Shown: positions 25,679-39,002, numbered from the whole stretch's first letter. The stretch is DNA of 63,307 bases, filler included, from Chiloscyllium plagiosum (GCF_004010195.1; 5 parts of one record of this genome joined end to end with filler, not necessarily neighbours in it), one strand, 5' to 3'. The notes: a model not told the origin generated them from the sequence alone. Translations and numbers: made by a program.

Positions 25679-25976
25679 TTTCCCTGGGGTCGGGGAGTCC
25701 AGAACTAGAGGGGCATAGGGGAAAGATATAAAAGAGACCTAAGGGGCAACTTTTGTCACACAGAGGGTGGTACGTGTATGGAATGAGCTGTCAGAGGATG
25801 TGGTGGAAGCTGATACAATGACAGCATCTGGATGGGTATATGAATAGGAAGGGTTTGGAGGGATATGGGCCGGCTGCTGGCAGGTGGGACTAGATTGGGT
25901 TGAGATATCTGGTCGGCATGGATGAGTCTTTGGACCGAAGGGTCTGTTTCCGTGCTGTACATCTCTATGACTATGC
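25679..25976 (+). mobile_element. CR1 3' end
   Basis: GESRTRG...TQRVVRVWNEL, then the tail. Confidence 0.9.
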
Positions 25977-26469
25977 GATGCAGCATAAACTACAGATTAT
26001 ACAGTGCCATGGTCATATACTTAAACTAGTCATCCTGTGGTCTGCAATAATTTCAACTTAAATCCCAGAAGACCTGGTCTCAGTAATACTGAGTGAAGTT
26101 TGGCAATTTTTGTGAAACAAAATGCCATTCTCCTTCGCTGGTTGCCCTTTGAGGAAGAGAAGCAGTTATTTTTACCCAGCATGGGACTCCCAGGCTCATG
26201 TCAAAATGGTTAATCCCAACTGGCCTCTGCAGTGGTCCATAAGCACCCCTTCAGCTGCACCAATCACCACCACGTCGTTTCCAGAGAAACTTAAGGAAAG
26301 GCAGCAGTCCTCTCAAACCTGGATAGAAATGTTAATCCAGGTGGCCACTCCTTCACTAGGATATTCCAGCTGAGCACCAGCTTGTACCCTCAAGCACTGG
26401 GTGTTGACCAGGAGTATGAAACCTGGATAGTTCACTGTCTTGCTTTTCTCCCAGTGCAGAACACTGATA

Positions 26470-27103
26470 GCCCTCCTCCCCTCCTAATTCGCCCAGATCA
26501 TTCAGCAGAGACCATTCCCTCTGTGACTCCCTCATTGGGTCCCCCCCCCCACCAACACCCTCCCCTGCTGCGGCAGGAGATGTAAAACCTGCGCCCTCAC
26601 CTCCATCCAAGGCACCAAAGGATCCTTCCACATCTGGCAGAGATTTTCCTGCGCATCCGAACACCTCATCTACTGTGTCCGCTGCTCTCGATGTGGTCTC
26701 CTCCGCATTGGGGAGGCAGGACGCCAACTTGCGGAACGTTTCGGACAACATTTCTGGGACACATGCACCAATCAACCCCACCGCCCTGTGGCTGACCAGT
26801 TCAACTCCCCCCTTCCCACTCCACCAAGGACGTGCAAGTCCTGGGCTGCCTCCCCAACCAAATCCAAGTCACCCTTCAACTGGAGGAAGAACGCCTCATC
26901 TTCCACCTTGGGACCCTCCGACTGCACAGCATCAATGTGGATTTCAGATCCCCCATCTCCTATCATCCCATCCCATATTTATCTCTCAGCGCCCTTTCTC
27001 CTCCCACATTCCTGATGAAGGGCTTTTTGCCCGAAACGACGATTTTCCTTCTTCCCCAGATGCTGCTTGACCTGCTGGGCTTTTCCAGCGCCGTACTTTT
27101 TGA
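26470..27103 (+). mobile_element. Penelope-like 3' fragment (GIY-YIG and terminal repeat)
   Basis: FHIWQRFSCASEHLIYCVRCSRCGLLRIGEAGRQLAERFGQH, with a hammerhead-like motif at 27007-27044. Confidence 0.88.
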
Positions 27104-27439
27104 CCCACCCAGACTACTGCCTGCCTGGGTTGCCTGAACTTGGGACACTAAGCTGACAGGCAGAGTACAGGTTCAGTATCCCCTGTTGGTCGGGCAGCAT
27201 CCCGATTTGGTCCCGCTGTTTGTGGCTGCGTCTCGTGACCCCCCCACTAACCCTAGCCAGAAGGAGGCTGATTAACAGCGCTCAACTTGGGATTGGTTTT
27301 ACCCCGAGTTATTCTGCCCACAGCAATCTGTTCGTCACTGCCTTGGCTGGAGAACTCGTACTGCTCTATAGGGGTGGCATTGTCATAGTTTCGCTCATGA
27401 GTTCTGTTTGTCGAACTATTTAAGTAGAATCTATTTATT

Positions 27440-27700
27440 GCAGTGTGTTCAAGTAGAATGGGCAAACACTTTAGACACATGTCCGCCCGATTCGAGAACA
27501 GCATCTTCCTCGTTGTTAGAACTCTGAAATTTTAAATTTAATGTTGCCCTCTGTACGCCATCCCTGCCACTGTAACATTGTATTGCTCGCTCTGTTCTAC
27601 TACTCCTGACGCACTTTGTATGGTATAATGTGCCGGAACTGCACCCAAAACAAAACTCTTCACTGTACCTCAGTACGTGTGACAATAATAAATCAAATCA
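27440..27700 (+). mobile_element. LINE 3' end, probably Rex1/Babar type
   Basis: Tail CACTGTACCTCAGTACGTGTGACAATAATAAATCAAATCA. Confidence 0.6.
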
Positions 27701-28098
27701 GGTGGACTCTGAACTCCTCAACGCAGTGCTCTGTTTAAATAGATTCTGTAGACTGTTTAATGTGCTGCTTTAACAGAGTCTGTAAACTGCTTACTGTAAT
27801 GTGCTGCTTAAACAGACTAGACTGTGGTGGTGTGTTGTTCAAGTATGTGTCAAATGGTCTCGGTAAGCTTTTTTTTTAAAAACAGTTTGCTGTTTAAATA
27901 GAGTTTGTAGACTATTGTAGATTGTATTGTAGTTTAACCAGACTCTGGGCTGCCAAAGTGCTATATTTAACAGATCCTGTAGCGTGCTGCCTCTGTTACC
28001 GTGGTGTTTGCATGGACTCGGCACACTGCTTTAGTGCACTGTTTAACCCCGCTGGAGACACTGTAGACGGTTTGTTGGAATGCGCTGTTTAAATTGTT

Positions 28099-28430
28099 GT
28101 TTCATTCTTGCGTGGAATGTGAACGGTTGCTGGCCGTTTCTAGTTGCCCTGGAACAGAGTGAGTTCATTTCAGTTAAGAGTCAACCACGTTTCTGTGAGG
28201 TCTGGAGTCGTATGTAAGCGAAACCCAGTAAGGACACAAGAGTTCCTTCCCCCAAAGACCACCAGTGAACCAGATGGGTTCTTCTGACAGTTGACAGTGG
28301 TTCTGCGGTTGCTAGTCAGACGAGCTTTTGATTCCAGCTTTAATCAAATTCACCCACTGCTCAGAACACCAGCCTGGCCCTCTGGTTTACTGAGCCTGTG
28401 ACATAACCACCGCAATACCGCCACCTCTCC
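28099..28430 (-). mobile_element. tRNA-derived SINE (second family)
   Basis: AAGAGTCAACCAC...TCTGGAGTC...AGTGAACCAGATGGGTT core, shared with 45320-45640 and, decayed on the plus strand, about 26000-26350. Confidence 0.75.
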
Positions 28431-28730
28431 TTACATATATCCTGTAGTCTCTTTGTTGTCATTGAATTGGACTTCTAGACCATTTGCTGTAATGCATGTT
28501 GTAAACAGGCTCCGTAGACTGCTATTATGCTCTGTTTAAATATTCCCAGCTGTACTGGGGTGCTTACTGGCGCTGTGCAGATATATCTGTTGCTGTGTGT
28601 CAATGAAGTCAGTGGTTTTCTGTAGAGAGTCTGCTGTGAGCCCTGCATCTCATCTCTGTTGACTCGCTGGTCCCAGACAAACTGCCATTTTATTTGGAGT
28701 GACCATGGTCAACTTCATTTCCTTATAAGT

Positions 28731-29030
28731 GGGACGGCACGGTGGCTCACAGCACCAGGGTCCCAGGTTCAATTCCAGCCTCGGGTCACTGTCTGTGTGG
28801 AGTTTGCATATCCTCCCAGTGTCTGCGTGGGTTTCCTCCAGGTGCTCCGGTTTCCTCCCACAGTCCAAACGTGCAGGTTAGGGTGGATTGGCCATGCTAA
28901 ATTGCCCGTAGTGTTAGGTGAGTTAGTCAGAGGGAAATGGGTCTGGGTGGGTTGCTGTTCGGAGGGTCGGTGCGGACTGGTTGGGCTGAAGGGCCTGTTT
29001 CCACACTGTAGGGGAATCTAATCGAATCTA
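28731..29030 (+). mobile_element. HE1/V-SINE-type SINE
   Basis: GGCACGGTGGCTCA head, GGTTCAATTCC B box, V-domain and AATCT tail. Confidence 0.9.
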
Positions 29031-29087
29031 AAGTCCACTTGTAAGACTCAGGTTGTCTCTCTCTCTCTCTCCCTCCCCCTCCTGTAG

Positions 29088-29170
29088 GGTACGTTTGCTG
29101 GGATACTCATAGGACTTGCCCAGCTCAACTGCTCCGAGCTGAAGCTGAAGAGACTGTGCTGCAGACATGG
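29088..29170 (+). CDS. ATG2A: Autophagy-related protein 2A, internal exon (83 nt)
   Basis: Polypyrimidine tract and TAG, then GTFAGILIGLAQLNCSELKLKRLCCRH+GG, then GTAAGT. The CCRHG form matches ATG2A rather than ATG2B (SYRHG). Confidence 0.95.
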
Positions 29171-29484
29171 GTAAGTGACATTCTGGGAACAGGCGAGATT
29201 CTTTGGAGCCTCGGATCTGCCCGCAGCACTTCCCCGCCTTCTTCCCGGAATCCCCACTTTATTTTGCCGAGTACACTGCCGTGCATGTAGGCACCATTGC
29301 CAAGCTCAGTGCTGTGACCCCGGTGACAGCCCCTGCACCCAGCCATGGTGGGTCAGAGACTGAAAGGCATGGCATGGCACCTATGACAATTGGGAGTTCC
29401 AGCAGCCCAAACCCACATCCAGCCATTACGTGGATTCCCAATGTACTGAAGCCTTTTACATTTACTCCCATTAACTAAATCACT

Positions 29485-30195
29485 TCCCACTCCCATTGTA
29501 CACTATCCCAATTGATCAACCCCCCTTCTCATTCACTCCCATTGTCTCCAATCCCAGTGGACCCAAACCCCTTCCCATTCACTCCCATTGTACACAATCC
29601 CAATGGATCCAAACCCCTTCTCATTCACTCCCATTGTACACAATCCCAGTGGACCCAATCCCCTTCCCATTCACTCCCATTGTACACAGTCCCAATGGAC
29701 CCAAACCCCTTCCCATTCACACCCACTGTACACAATCCCAGTGGACCCAAACCCATTCCCATTCTCTCCCATTGTGCATAGTCCCAGTGGACCCAAACCC
29801 TTTCCCATTCATTCCCATTGTACACAATCCCCAACGGACCCAAACCCCTTCCCATTCACTCCCATTGTACACAATCCCAGTGGACTCAAACCCCTTCCCT
29901 TTCACTCCCATTGTACACAATCCCAATGGACCCAAATCCCTTCCCATTCCCTCCCATTGTACACAATCCCAATGGACCCAAACCCCTTCCCTTTCACTCC
30001 CATTGTACACAATCCCAATAGACCCAAATCCATTCCCATTCACTCCCATTGTACACAATCCCAATGGATCCAAACCCATTCCTATTCTCTCCCATTGTAC
30101 ATAGTCCCAGTGGATCACATCCCTTCCCGTTCACTCCCATTGTACACAGTCTCACTGGTCCATACCTCTTCACATTGCATACAATCCCAGTGTAC
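29485..30195. repeat. 46-bp minisatellite, about 15 copies (ATG2A intron)
   Basis: Unit CCCATTGTACACAATCCCAATGGACCCAAACCCCTTCCCATTCACT. Confidence 0.95.
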
Positions 30196-30984
30196 CTTTT
30201 GACTGTATCTACCTTGTGCAGAGGGAGCTTTAATTCGTCCCTGGACATATGTTGTGTTTGCCCATGATGTGTTGGATGGAGACAGTGTTGAGGAAGCGTT
30301 TGTGAAATTAGGACCAAACGCTAGACAAGGTTTCCCGAATTGTCACAGGAAACCACTGAAATCTTGGAACTGCCAGGTGAGGAGGAGTCAACTAGTTCCT
30401 GTTCTTTATTCACCCAGCCCTTTGGTTAGTCACAGCAAAGTTATTATGTGAAGAATGTCTTCCCTTGTGAGTATCTTCCTCAAAGACCCAACTTATTTAC
30501 CAGAAGGAGTCAATTTAATCAGGCCGCCTTGAATTACAAAATAGCAAGATTATTAATTATCGCAAATGAGAATAAAAACTAACGTACCACGTATGCACAA
30601 AGATTACAGATAAGAAATGAGTCTAGAATGTTAAAAGGTGAAAATGAAAAATATGGTGGGACAAGTCAGTGTTCACAGAAAGCAGATAGGTTCAATATCA
30701 TAGCTGTGGAGGTTATGTAGATGTTGGTGGTTCAGTTGTTGGCTTCAAGATTCTTCTGTAGGCAAATTGAAGTTCACCTTTCCTTTTTTAAAAAAAATGC
30801 TGGCTTGCAGCTCTAAGAGTGAGAGTCTCTCTTTACCTGCAATGCAAGGGTAACTGAAAGATCGTTCTTCGCCTGTGGCACCACAGCATGCTGATTCTCG
30901 CACTGAAGCTGGTGCACACGAGAGCATCAGTCCCACAAGTCCACTCCAGTAGAGTTGAAACTTGCTTGTTAAACCGACCCTGTG

Positions 30985-32124
30985 TGTTTTATAAAGTGCT
31001 GCACCAAAGGTTAATTCACAAGGTTGGATCATATGGGATTAGAGGCAACTTACTAGCCTGGATAGGCGACTGGCTGATGGGCAGAAGACAGCGAGTCAGG
31101 GTAAATGGGATCTTTTCTGGATGGCAAGATGTGGGGTGCCACAGCGTTTGGTCCTTGGACCCCCAGCTATTTACAAGCTGCGTTAACGACTTGGATACAG
31201 AGACAGAAGGCTCTATTGCAATAGTTGCGGATGACACCGAAATAGGCGGGACGGTAAATTGCAATGAGGAACTAAGAACCGTAGGAATGGGTATAGATAG
31301 GTTAGGAGAGTGGGCCAAAATGTGGCAGATGGAGTTTAACCTGAACAAGTGTGAGATAAGTGTGCATCTTGGCCGAACAAATGGGAAGGTGACCTCTTAT
31401 CTAGATGGGGAGAGACTTCGGGGTGCTCCCTTGCAGAGGGATCTGGGTGTCCTTGTTCATGAGTCACAGCAAACTAGCATGCAGGTACAGCAGATAATAA
31501 AGATAGCGAATGGAACGTTAGCTTTTATATGGTAAGGAAGCATTGTTGCTCCTATACGAGGCATTGGTGAGACCATACCGGGAGTATTATGCACAGTTTT
31601 GGTCCCCTTATTTGAGGAAAGATGTTGTGGCGTTGCAGGCAGTTCAGAGAAGATTCACGAGACTGATTCCAGACACGAGGAGTTTGTCGTATGAAGAGAG
31701 ATTGAACAGTTGAGGCCTGTGCACTCTGGAATTTAGAAGAATTTAGGGGGATCAAATTGAGCTGTTTGCGATAATGAAAGGTATGGGCAAAATCGACATG
31801 GAGTGGATGCTGCCTCTTGTTGGACATTCTAGGGCGAGAGGTTACGACCTCAGGATAAGGGGTAGCGAATTTAAAACCCAGCTGAGGAGAAACTGTTTCT
31901 CCCAAAGGGTTGTGAATCTGTGGCATTCCCTACCCCAAGCTGCGGTGGATGCTGGTACAGCGAGTACATTTAAGGAGGGGTTAGACAGATTTTTAATTGG
32001 GTAATGGGTTGAAGGGTTCTGGGGAGAAGGCAGGGAAATGAGAGGGAAGAGCATGTCAGCCACGATCGAATGGCGGAGCATTCGGGGTGGGCCAAATGGC
32101 CTCATTCTGCTCCTACATCATATG
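30985..32124 (+). mobile_element. CR1 LINE, RT to 3' UTR
   Basis: WIGDWLMGRRQRV, ADDTEIG, WQMEFNLNKC, SQRVVNLWHSLPQ, then the tail. Confidence 0.92.
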
Positions 32125-32414
32125 AGCGGGGGGGGGGTAAAACAGACTGGTCCGCAAGAGATCGTTTTCTCGACCGAAGAGTGGGTAGCAGAGGGTGGGA
32201 GTCATCTCTCCCTGTTTGAAGTTCCTGTGATCTTACACATGCAACATCCCATTGGCTTCACACAAGACTTTGCCAGGCAGTCAGTGAATATTAATCCGCA
32301 GATTCTCTCAGCAGTGCACCTTCTCAAAACAACACATTTTGGAACGAAAACTAACAGGAAATTTATAATTAGTGTTCTGATTCACCATCATAACATGGTC
32401 TAACACATCGCTAT

Positions 32415-34660
32415 CACTGTCCCTGTCCCTGTCCCTGTCCTGGGAGTGATTGATGGGAACCATTTTGGGGAACTTTACTTGTGGTTTAAAAATGTAGAGG
32501 GAGCTTTACTCTGTATCTAGGCCCGTGCTGTCCCTGTCATGGGGAGTGTTTGATGGGGGACTGTGTAGAGGGGGCTTTACTCTGTATCAAACCCCGTGCT
32601 GTCCCTGTCCTGGGGAGTGTTTGATGGGGGACAGTGTAGAGGGAGATTTACTCTGTATCTAACCCCTGTCCCTGTCCTGGGGAGTGTTTGATGGGAGACA
32701 GTGTAGAGGGAGCTTTACTCTGTATCTAACCCCGTGCTGTCCCTGTCATGGGGAGTGTTCGATGGGGGACTGTGTAGAGGGAGATTTACTCTGTATCTAA
32801 CCCCGTGCTGTCCCTGTCCTGGGGAGTGTTTGATGGGGGTGACAGTGTAGAGGGAGATTTACTCTGTATCTAACCCCGTGCTGTCCCTGTCCTGGGGAGT
32901 GTTTGATGGGGGGACTGTGTAGAGGGAGCTTTACTCTATATCTAACCTTGTGCTGTCCCTGTCCCGGGTGGAGTGTTTGATGGAGGACTGTGTAGAGAGA
33001 GCTTTACTCGATATCTAACCCCGTGCTGTCCCTGTCCTGGGGAGTGTTTGATGGGGGGACTGTGAAGAGAGAGCTTTACTCTATATCTAACCTTGTGCTG
33101 TCCCTGTCCCGGGGGGAGTGTTTGATGGAGGACTGTGTAGAGGGAGCTTGACTCGGTATCTAACCCCGTGCTGTCCCTGTCCTGGGGAGTGTTTGATGGG
33201 GGACAGTGTAGAGGGAGCTTTACTCTGTATCTAACCCCGTGCTGTCCCTGTCCTGGGGAGTGTTTGATGGGGGGACAGTGTAGAGGGAGCTTTACTCTGT
33301 ATCTAACCCCGTGCTGTCCCTGTCCTGGGGAGTGTTTGATGGGGGGGACAGTGTAGAGGGAGATTTACTCTGTATCTAACCCCGTGCTGTGCCTGTCCTG
33401 GGGATTGTTTGATGGGGGGACAGTGTAGAGGGAGCTGTACTCTGTATCTAACCCCGTGCTGTCCCTGTCCTGGGGAGTGTTTGATGGGGGGGACAGTGTA
33501 GAGGGAGCTGTACTCTGTATCTACCCCCGTGCTGTCCCTGTCCTGGGGAGTGTTTGATGGGGTGGACAGTGTAGAGGGAGCTGTACTCTGTATCTAACCC
33601 CGTGCTGTCCCTGTCCTGGGGACTGTTTGATGGGGGGACAGTGTAGAGGGAGCTTTACTCTGTATCTAACCCCGTGCTGTCCCTGTCCTGGGGAGTGTTT
33701 GATGAGGGGGGACAGTGTAGAGGGAGCTTTACTCTGTATCTAACCCCGTGCTGTCCCTGTCCTGGGGAGTGTTTGATGGGGGGACAGTGTAGAGGCAGCT
33801 GTACTCGGTATCTACCCCCGTGCTGTCCCTGTCCTGGGGAGTGTTTGATGGAGGACAGTGTAGAGGGAGCTTTACTCTGTATCTAACCCCGTGCTGTCCC
33901 TGTCCTGGGGACTGTTTGATGGAGGACAGTGTAGAGGGAGCTGTACTCGGTATCTACCCCCGTGCTGTCCCTGTCCTGGGGTGTGTTTGATAGGGGGACA
34001 GTGCAGAGGGAGCTTTACTCTGTATCTAACCCCGTGCTGTCCCTGTCCTGGGGAGTGTTTGACGGGGGACAGTGCAGAGGGAGCTTTACTCTATATCGAA
34101 CCCCGTGCTGTCCCTGTCCTGGGGAGTGTTTGATGGGGGACAGTGTAGAGGGAGCTGTACTCGGTATNNNNNNNNNNNNNNNNNNNNNNNNNNNNNNNNN
34201 NNNNNNNNNNNNNNNNNNNNNNNNNNNNNNNNNNNNNNNNNNNNNNNNNNNNNNNNNNNNNNNNNNNNNNNNNNNNNNNNNNNNNNNNNNNNNNNNNNNN
34301 NNNNNNNNNNNNNNNNNNNNNNNNNNNNNNNNNNNNNNNNNNNNNNNNNNNNNNNNNNNNNNNNNNNNNNNNNNNNNNNNNNNNNNNNNNNNNNNNNNNN
34401 NNNNNNNNNNNNNNNNNNNNNNNNNNNNNNNNNNNNNNNNNNNNNNNNNNNNNNNNNNNNNNNNNNNNNNNNNNNNNNNNNNNNNNNNNNNNNNNNNNNN
34501 NNNNNNNNNNNNNNNNNNCCCCGTGCTGTCCCTGTCCTGGGGAGTGTTTGATGGGGGACAGTGCAGAGTGATCTTTACTCTGTATCCAACCCCGTGCTGT
34601 CCCTGTCCTGGGGAGTGTTTGATGGGGGACAGTGTAGAGGGAGCTACCCCGTGCTGTCCT
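32415..34660. repeat. About 71-73-bp minisatellite, more than 24 copies, gapped (ATG2A intron)
   Basis: Unit CCCCGTGCTGTCCCTGTCCTGGGGAGTGTTTGATGGGGGACAGTGTAGAGGGAGCTTTACTCTGTATCTAA. Confidence 0.97.
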
Positions 34661-36696
34661 GAGTGTATGAGTCTTGACAACAGGCGCCAATTGCCTGAGC
34701 TCCTCTCATCCTGAAGCACAAACATCATTCTGGAAGGGACTGTGTGGACGGCTGCGGCTGCTCGTTTTCCAGGAAGGAATTGTGTCCGTGGGCTCAGAGA
34801 CCTGGGGTCCTTTGCACTTTGCGAAAGAAAATCATTATGTAAGTGACGAAATGTCAGTCGAGACAATCTGTGAAGTGTTTTTCTCCTGACTCAGTGTCTA
34901 AGCCAACATCAGCCCAAAGGGCATCTTTGTTGGTGTTCGCCCTCGCTCTGTTCTCAGACAGAGAGCCCAGTCACAGTGCGGTTAGAGTCCAGGAGCTGTC
35001 CTGACACGCGATCAGCATCACGAACAATGGCAGTTTCCGACAGCGAGTCCCTCTTTAAAACGCCTGCGGATATCAAATGATCAGGGATGTCCTGTTCTGA
35101 CCTAAGCACCATTTGATCCCTCAATCGTGTGCTGGCTCTCTGTGAAAGAGCTGGGCAGTTTATCCCTTGCACAATTCCTTCTTGACTGCTTCCACCACCG
35201 ACCTATCATGGCAGTGTGTTCCAGCGTTTAAAAAGCCAGTCACCTCACATCCTGTCTGGGCCCTTTGCCAGTCACCTGAGCTCCCTGTCCGTCTCGTTAA
35301 GGACTCTTCCTGGGAACACGTCCTCCTCCAGTTGAAACGGAAGACCCTCGTTCAAATCACCACCTTCAAATTGCATTTGAACCTGTTTTCGGAAGGTTCC
35401 CTCTGCTAACCCCTGGGGTAAAGGACCTCTCCCTCTGAGAAAGTTAGCTGGACAAGTTGGACCATCGGAAATAGGAGCAGGTCTGGGCCCGATCTGCCAG
35501 TCAGCAGCATCGTGGCTGATCCGACACTCCCAGGTCCACGTTCCCACTGGTATCCCCGGAATCTGTCTACCTCAGCCTTAAACATACACACGGGGTCAGC
35601 CCCCGCACCTCTCCGAGGCAAGGCGTTCCTGAGAGTGTCAAACCTTTTGAGGGAGAAAAATTCCTCTTCATCGGGCCTGTAGACCGTGGAGCTTCGAAGA
35701 ATGGGGTACTCTTACTGAAACAAGCAAGACTCTGTGGGGCATGATAGAGCAAGTGCTGGGAGGATGTCTGGGAGGTTTGAGTTAAGGGGGAGGGGGTCAG
35801 TGCAAGGATAGGAGGTCTCCCTATTAACTCGGAGAGCAGGAGAGTTATTTTCTGCGGTTCATTGTTGGAATCCTTCCCCCCCCCCCCACCGCCCCAAGAG
35901 AATGCGAGAGACTGAATTCACTCATGGATGAGTTCGGCAACGAGGTGGAGTACCAAGGGATTTAGGGAAGACGAGAGCCTCGAGTTGAGAGCTCAAGCAG
36001 GTTGTCTGACTGAAATACTGGGAGCAGAGTTGTGGGCCTCTTCTCTCGGTATGCATTTGCTCCATCAGACCACTCCAGGATTTTGAAAGCCTCTGTTGGA
36101 GCTCCATCCAACCTTCTCCCGTATTTGTAGAGCTGTAGACTTATACGGCACGGAAACAAACCCGTCGGTCCAAACTCTCAACACCAACCAGATATCCTGA
36201 ATTAACCCAGTCCCATTTGCCAGCATTTGGCCCATATCCATCTCAACCCTTCCTTCTCATCCCCAGGTACTGCTTCTGCCTGATTACAGTTGNNNNNNNN
36301 NNNNNNNNNNNNNNNNNNNNNNNNNNNNNNNNNNNNNNNNNNNNNNNNNNNNNNNNNNNNNNNNNNNNNNNNNNNNNNNNNNNNNNNNNNNNNNNNNNNN
36401 NNNNNNNNNNNNNNNNNNNNNNNNNNNNNNNNNNNNNNNNNNNNNNNNNNNNNNNNNNNNNNNNNNNNNNNNNNNNNNNNNNNNNNNNNNNNNNNNNNNN
36501 NNNNNNNNNNNNNNNNNNNNNNNNNNNNNNNNNNNNNNNNNNNNNNNNNNNNNNNNNNNNNNNNNNNNNNNNNNNNNNNNNNNNNNNNNNNNNNNNNNNN
36601 NNNNNNNNNNNNNNNNNNNNNNNNNNNNNNNNNNNNNNNNNNNNNNNNNNNNNNNNNNNNNNNNNNNNNNNNNNNNNNNNNNNNNNNNNNNNNNNN

Positions 36697-36795
36697 GCGT
36701 CGGCGGGGGATGGGGGTGTACAGTCGCTCTGCCTGCGTCAGCGGGGGATGGGGGTGTACAGTCGCTCTGCCTGCGTCAGCGGGGGTGGGTGGGGG
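36697..36795. repeat. 38-bp minisatellite emerging from a gap
   Basis: Unit GCGTCAGCGGGGGATGGGGGTGTACAGTCGCTCTGCCT starts at 36697, 36735 and 36773. Confidence 0.85.
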
Positions 36796-37570
36796 TACGG
36801 GCCAGCTGCTGACATCCCTGCCCTCGCTGCGCCAATGCCTTTGGTCTCTCCAGTCCAGACCGTCCGCCTGCGCAGGATCAGACCCCGCTATCGGAGGGCA
36901 GTGCGCTGGGAGGTCGCGTGTTGGTTCGGTGGTGAACAAGTTGAGATGCTTGGCTCGCTGCACGCAGACACGGGGAGAACGTGCAAACTCCACACAGTCA
37001 GTCGCCTGAGTCGGGAATTACACTTGTCTACCGCAAGCTGGTTTGTTGGAGATCAGTGAGCTTTTGTAAGGCCATGGTTGCAGTGTGCGTTGACGGGAGC
37101 AGCCACCTCTCACATAGCTGTGGTCCTGTCCTCCAAGGGCAACACTCTGACCTTTGGCAGCTGAACCCCGTAACGTGGATAACATAGACCACACCCCATG
37201 GAGTATGGCAACACACAGACACCCTGACTGCTTCAAGGAACCGGGGCAGTTTAGAAGTAAGGGGATTTGTGCCCCGCAACTACTTCTGCTTCTCCTGTGA
37301 CCCTGCGTGGCTGTGCAGTGATCCAGTTGGTGAGGTACAACGCGCTCTTTTAGCTTTGTGCGAGCGATTGCACCCACAGTGAATTCCCACCAGGGTCGGT
37401 GCGTCCTGCAGGGCACGGGGGGGAAATGAGAGACCGCTGGGCCGTGTGTACTGGCTCCACACCTGCCCCCCCCCCACCCCGCTCACAGCCGGTGGGCCGA
37501 CACTAGAGGCTGCCTGTTGCCTGTTCCGCTCAACGTAACCTCCTTCCCCTCCCCCTTGTGATTTTCGCAG

Positions 37571-37692
37571 TCTGCTCGGGGTGGACAAGGTGATCAACTA
37601 CGCCCTGAACGAGTGGCTGAACGACATCAGGAAGAACCAGCTGCCGGGAATCCTGGGAGGCGTGGGCCCCATGCATTCAGTGGTGCAGCTGT
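37571..37692 (+). CDS. ATG2A: Autophagy-related protein 2A, internal exon (122 nt)
   Basis: CAG, then T+LLGVDKVINYALNEWLNDIRKNQLPGILGGVGPMHSVVQL+T, then GTAAGT. Phase fits both neighbouring exons. Confidence 0.96.
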
Positions 37693-37959
37693 GTAAGTAG
37701 CAGGGGGGTGGGGGGGGGGGGGGTGTGTGTGATCAGGAAAAGGGAGTGCGGATATTCCCCCCCCCCCCGGCCACCCCCCCCCACTTCCCGCATCGCTCCT
37801 GATGGCACGTTGTGCCCGCCCGCCCCAGCCGTCAGGTGCATGGGAGGCTGGCGAGGCCACACACAGTTGAATAGCCTCAAGGTGTGAATGTCGGCCATGG
37901 TCAGTGGGCTTCAGCCACAGGCCTGGTACTGCACTGAGACCCGGCTGGGAAAGTGCTGG

Positions 37960-38890
37960 CCCTGTCCTGGGGAGTGTTTGATAGGGGGACAGTGTAGAGG
38001 GAGCTTTATATCCCACCCGTTCCTGGGGAGTGTTTGATCGGGGGGACAGTGTAGAGGGAGCTGTACTCTATGACCCACCCGTTCCTGGGGGTGTTTGATC
38101 AGGGGGACAGTGTAGAGGGAGCTGTACTCTATGACCCACCCGTTCCTGGGGGTGTTTGATCAGGGGGACAGTGTAGAGGGAGCTGTACTCTATATCNNNN
38201 NNNNNNNNNNNNNNNNNNNNNNNNNNNNNNNNNNNNNNNNNNNNNNNNNNNNNNNNNNNNNNNNNNNNNNNNNNNNNNNNNNNNNNNNNNNNNNNNNNNN
38301 NNNNNNNNNNNNNNNNNNNNNNNNNNNNNNNNNNNNNNNNNNNNNNNNNNNNNNNNNNNNNNNNNNNNNNNNNNNNNNNNNNNNNNNNNNNNNNNNNNNN
38401 NNNNNNNNNNNNNNNNNNNNNNNNNNNNNNNNNNNNNNNNNNNNNNNNNNNNNNNNNNNNNNNNNNNNNNNNNNNNNNNNNNNNNNNNNNNNNNNNNNNN
38501 NNNNNNNNNNNNNNNNNNNNNNNNNNNNNNNNNNNNNNNNNNNNNNNNNNNNNNNNNNNNNNNNNNNNNNNNNNNNNNNNNNNNNNNNNNNNNNNNNNNN
38601 NNNNNNNNNNNNNNNNNNNNNNNNNNNNNNNNNNNNNNNNNNNNNNNNNNNNNNNNNNNNNNNNNNNNNNNNNNNNNNNNNNNNNNNNNNTGATCGGGGG
38701 GACAGTGTAGAGGGAGCTGTACTCTATGACCCACCCGTTCCTGGGGGTGTTTGATCAGGGGGACAGTGTAGAGGGAGCTGTACTCTATATCCCACCCGTT
38801 CCTGGGGGTGTTTGATCGGGGGGACAGTGTAGAGGGAGCTGTACTCTGTGACCCACCCGTTCCTGGGGGTGTTTGATCGGGGGACAGTGC
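37960..38890. repeat. 61-bp minisatellite, variant of the 71-bp repeat, gapped
   Basis: Unit GACCCACCCGTTCCTGGGGGTGTTTGATCAGGGGGACAGTGTAGAGGGAGCTGTACTCTAT. Confidence 0.93.
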
Positions 38891-39002
38891 CGCAGACCCT
38901 CCTGTTGTTTTGAGTTTGTTTCCAGAGCCTTTGTTGCTTGTTTCTCAGCTGCAGTAGCTGGCAGCAGTGCTGTGACTAACTGGCATCTCTGCTTGGGCAC
39001 AG

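Noticed and set aside
29496..30202. ORFs of about 200 aa with repetitive Pro/His-rich sequence
   Set aside because: They are translations of the 46-bp minisatellite inside an ATG2A intron.
32415..34660. Regular repeats resembling a CRISPR array (also 29485-30195 and 47058-47615)
   Set aside because: Units are head-to-tail with no unique spacers, there are no cas genes, and the context is vertebrate.
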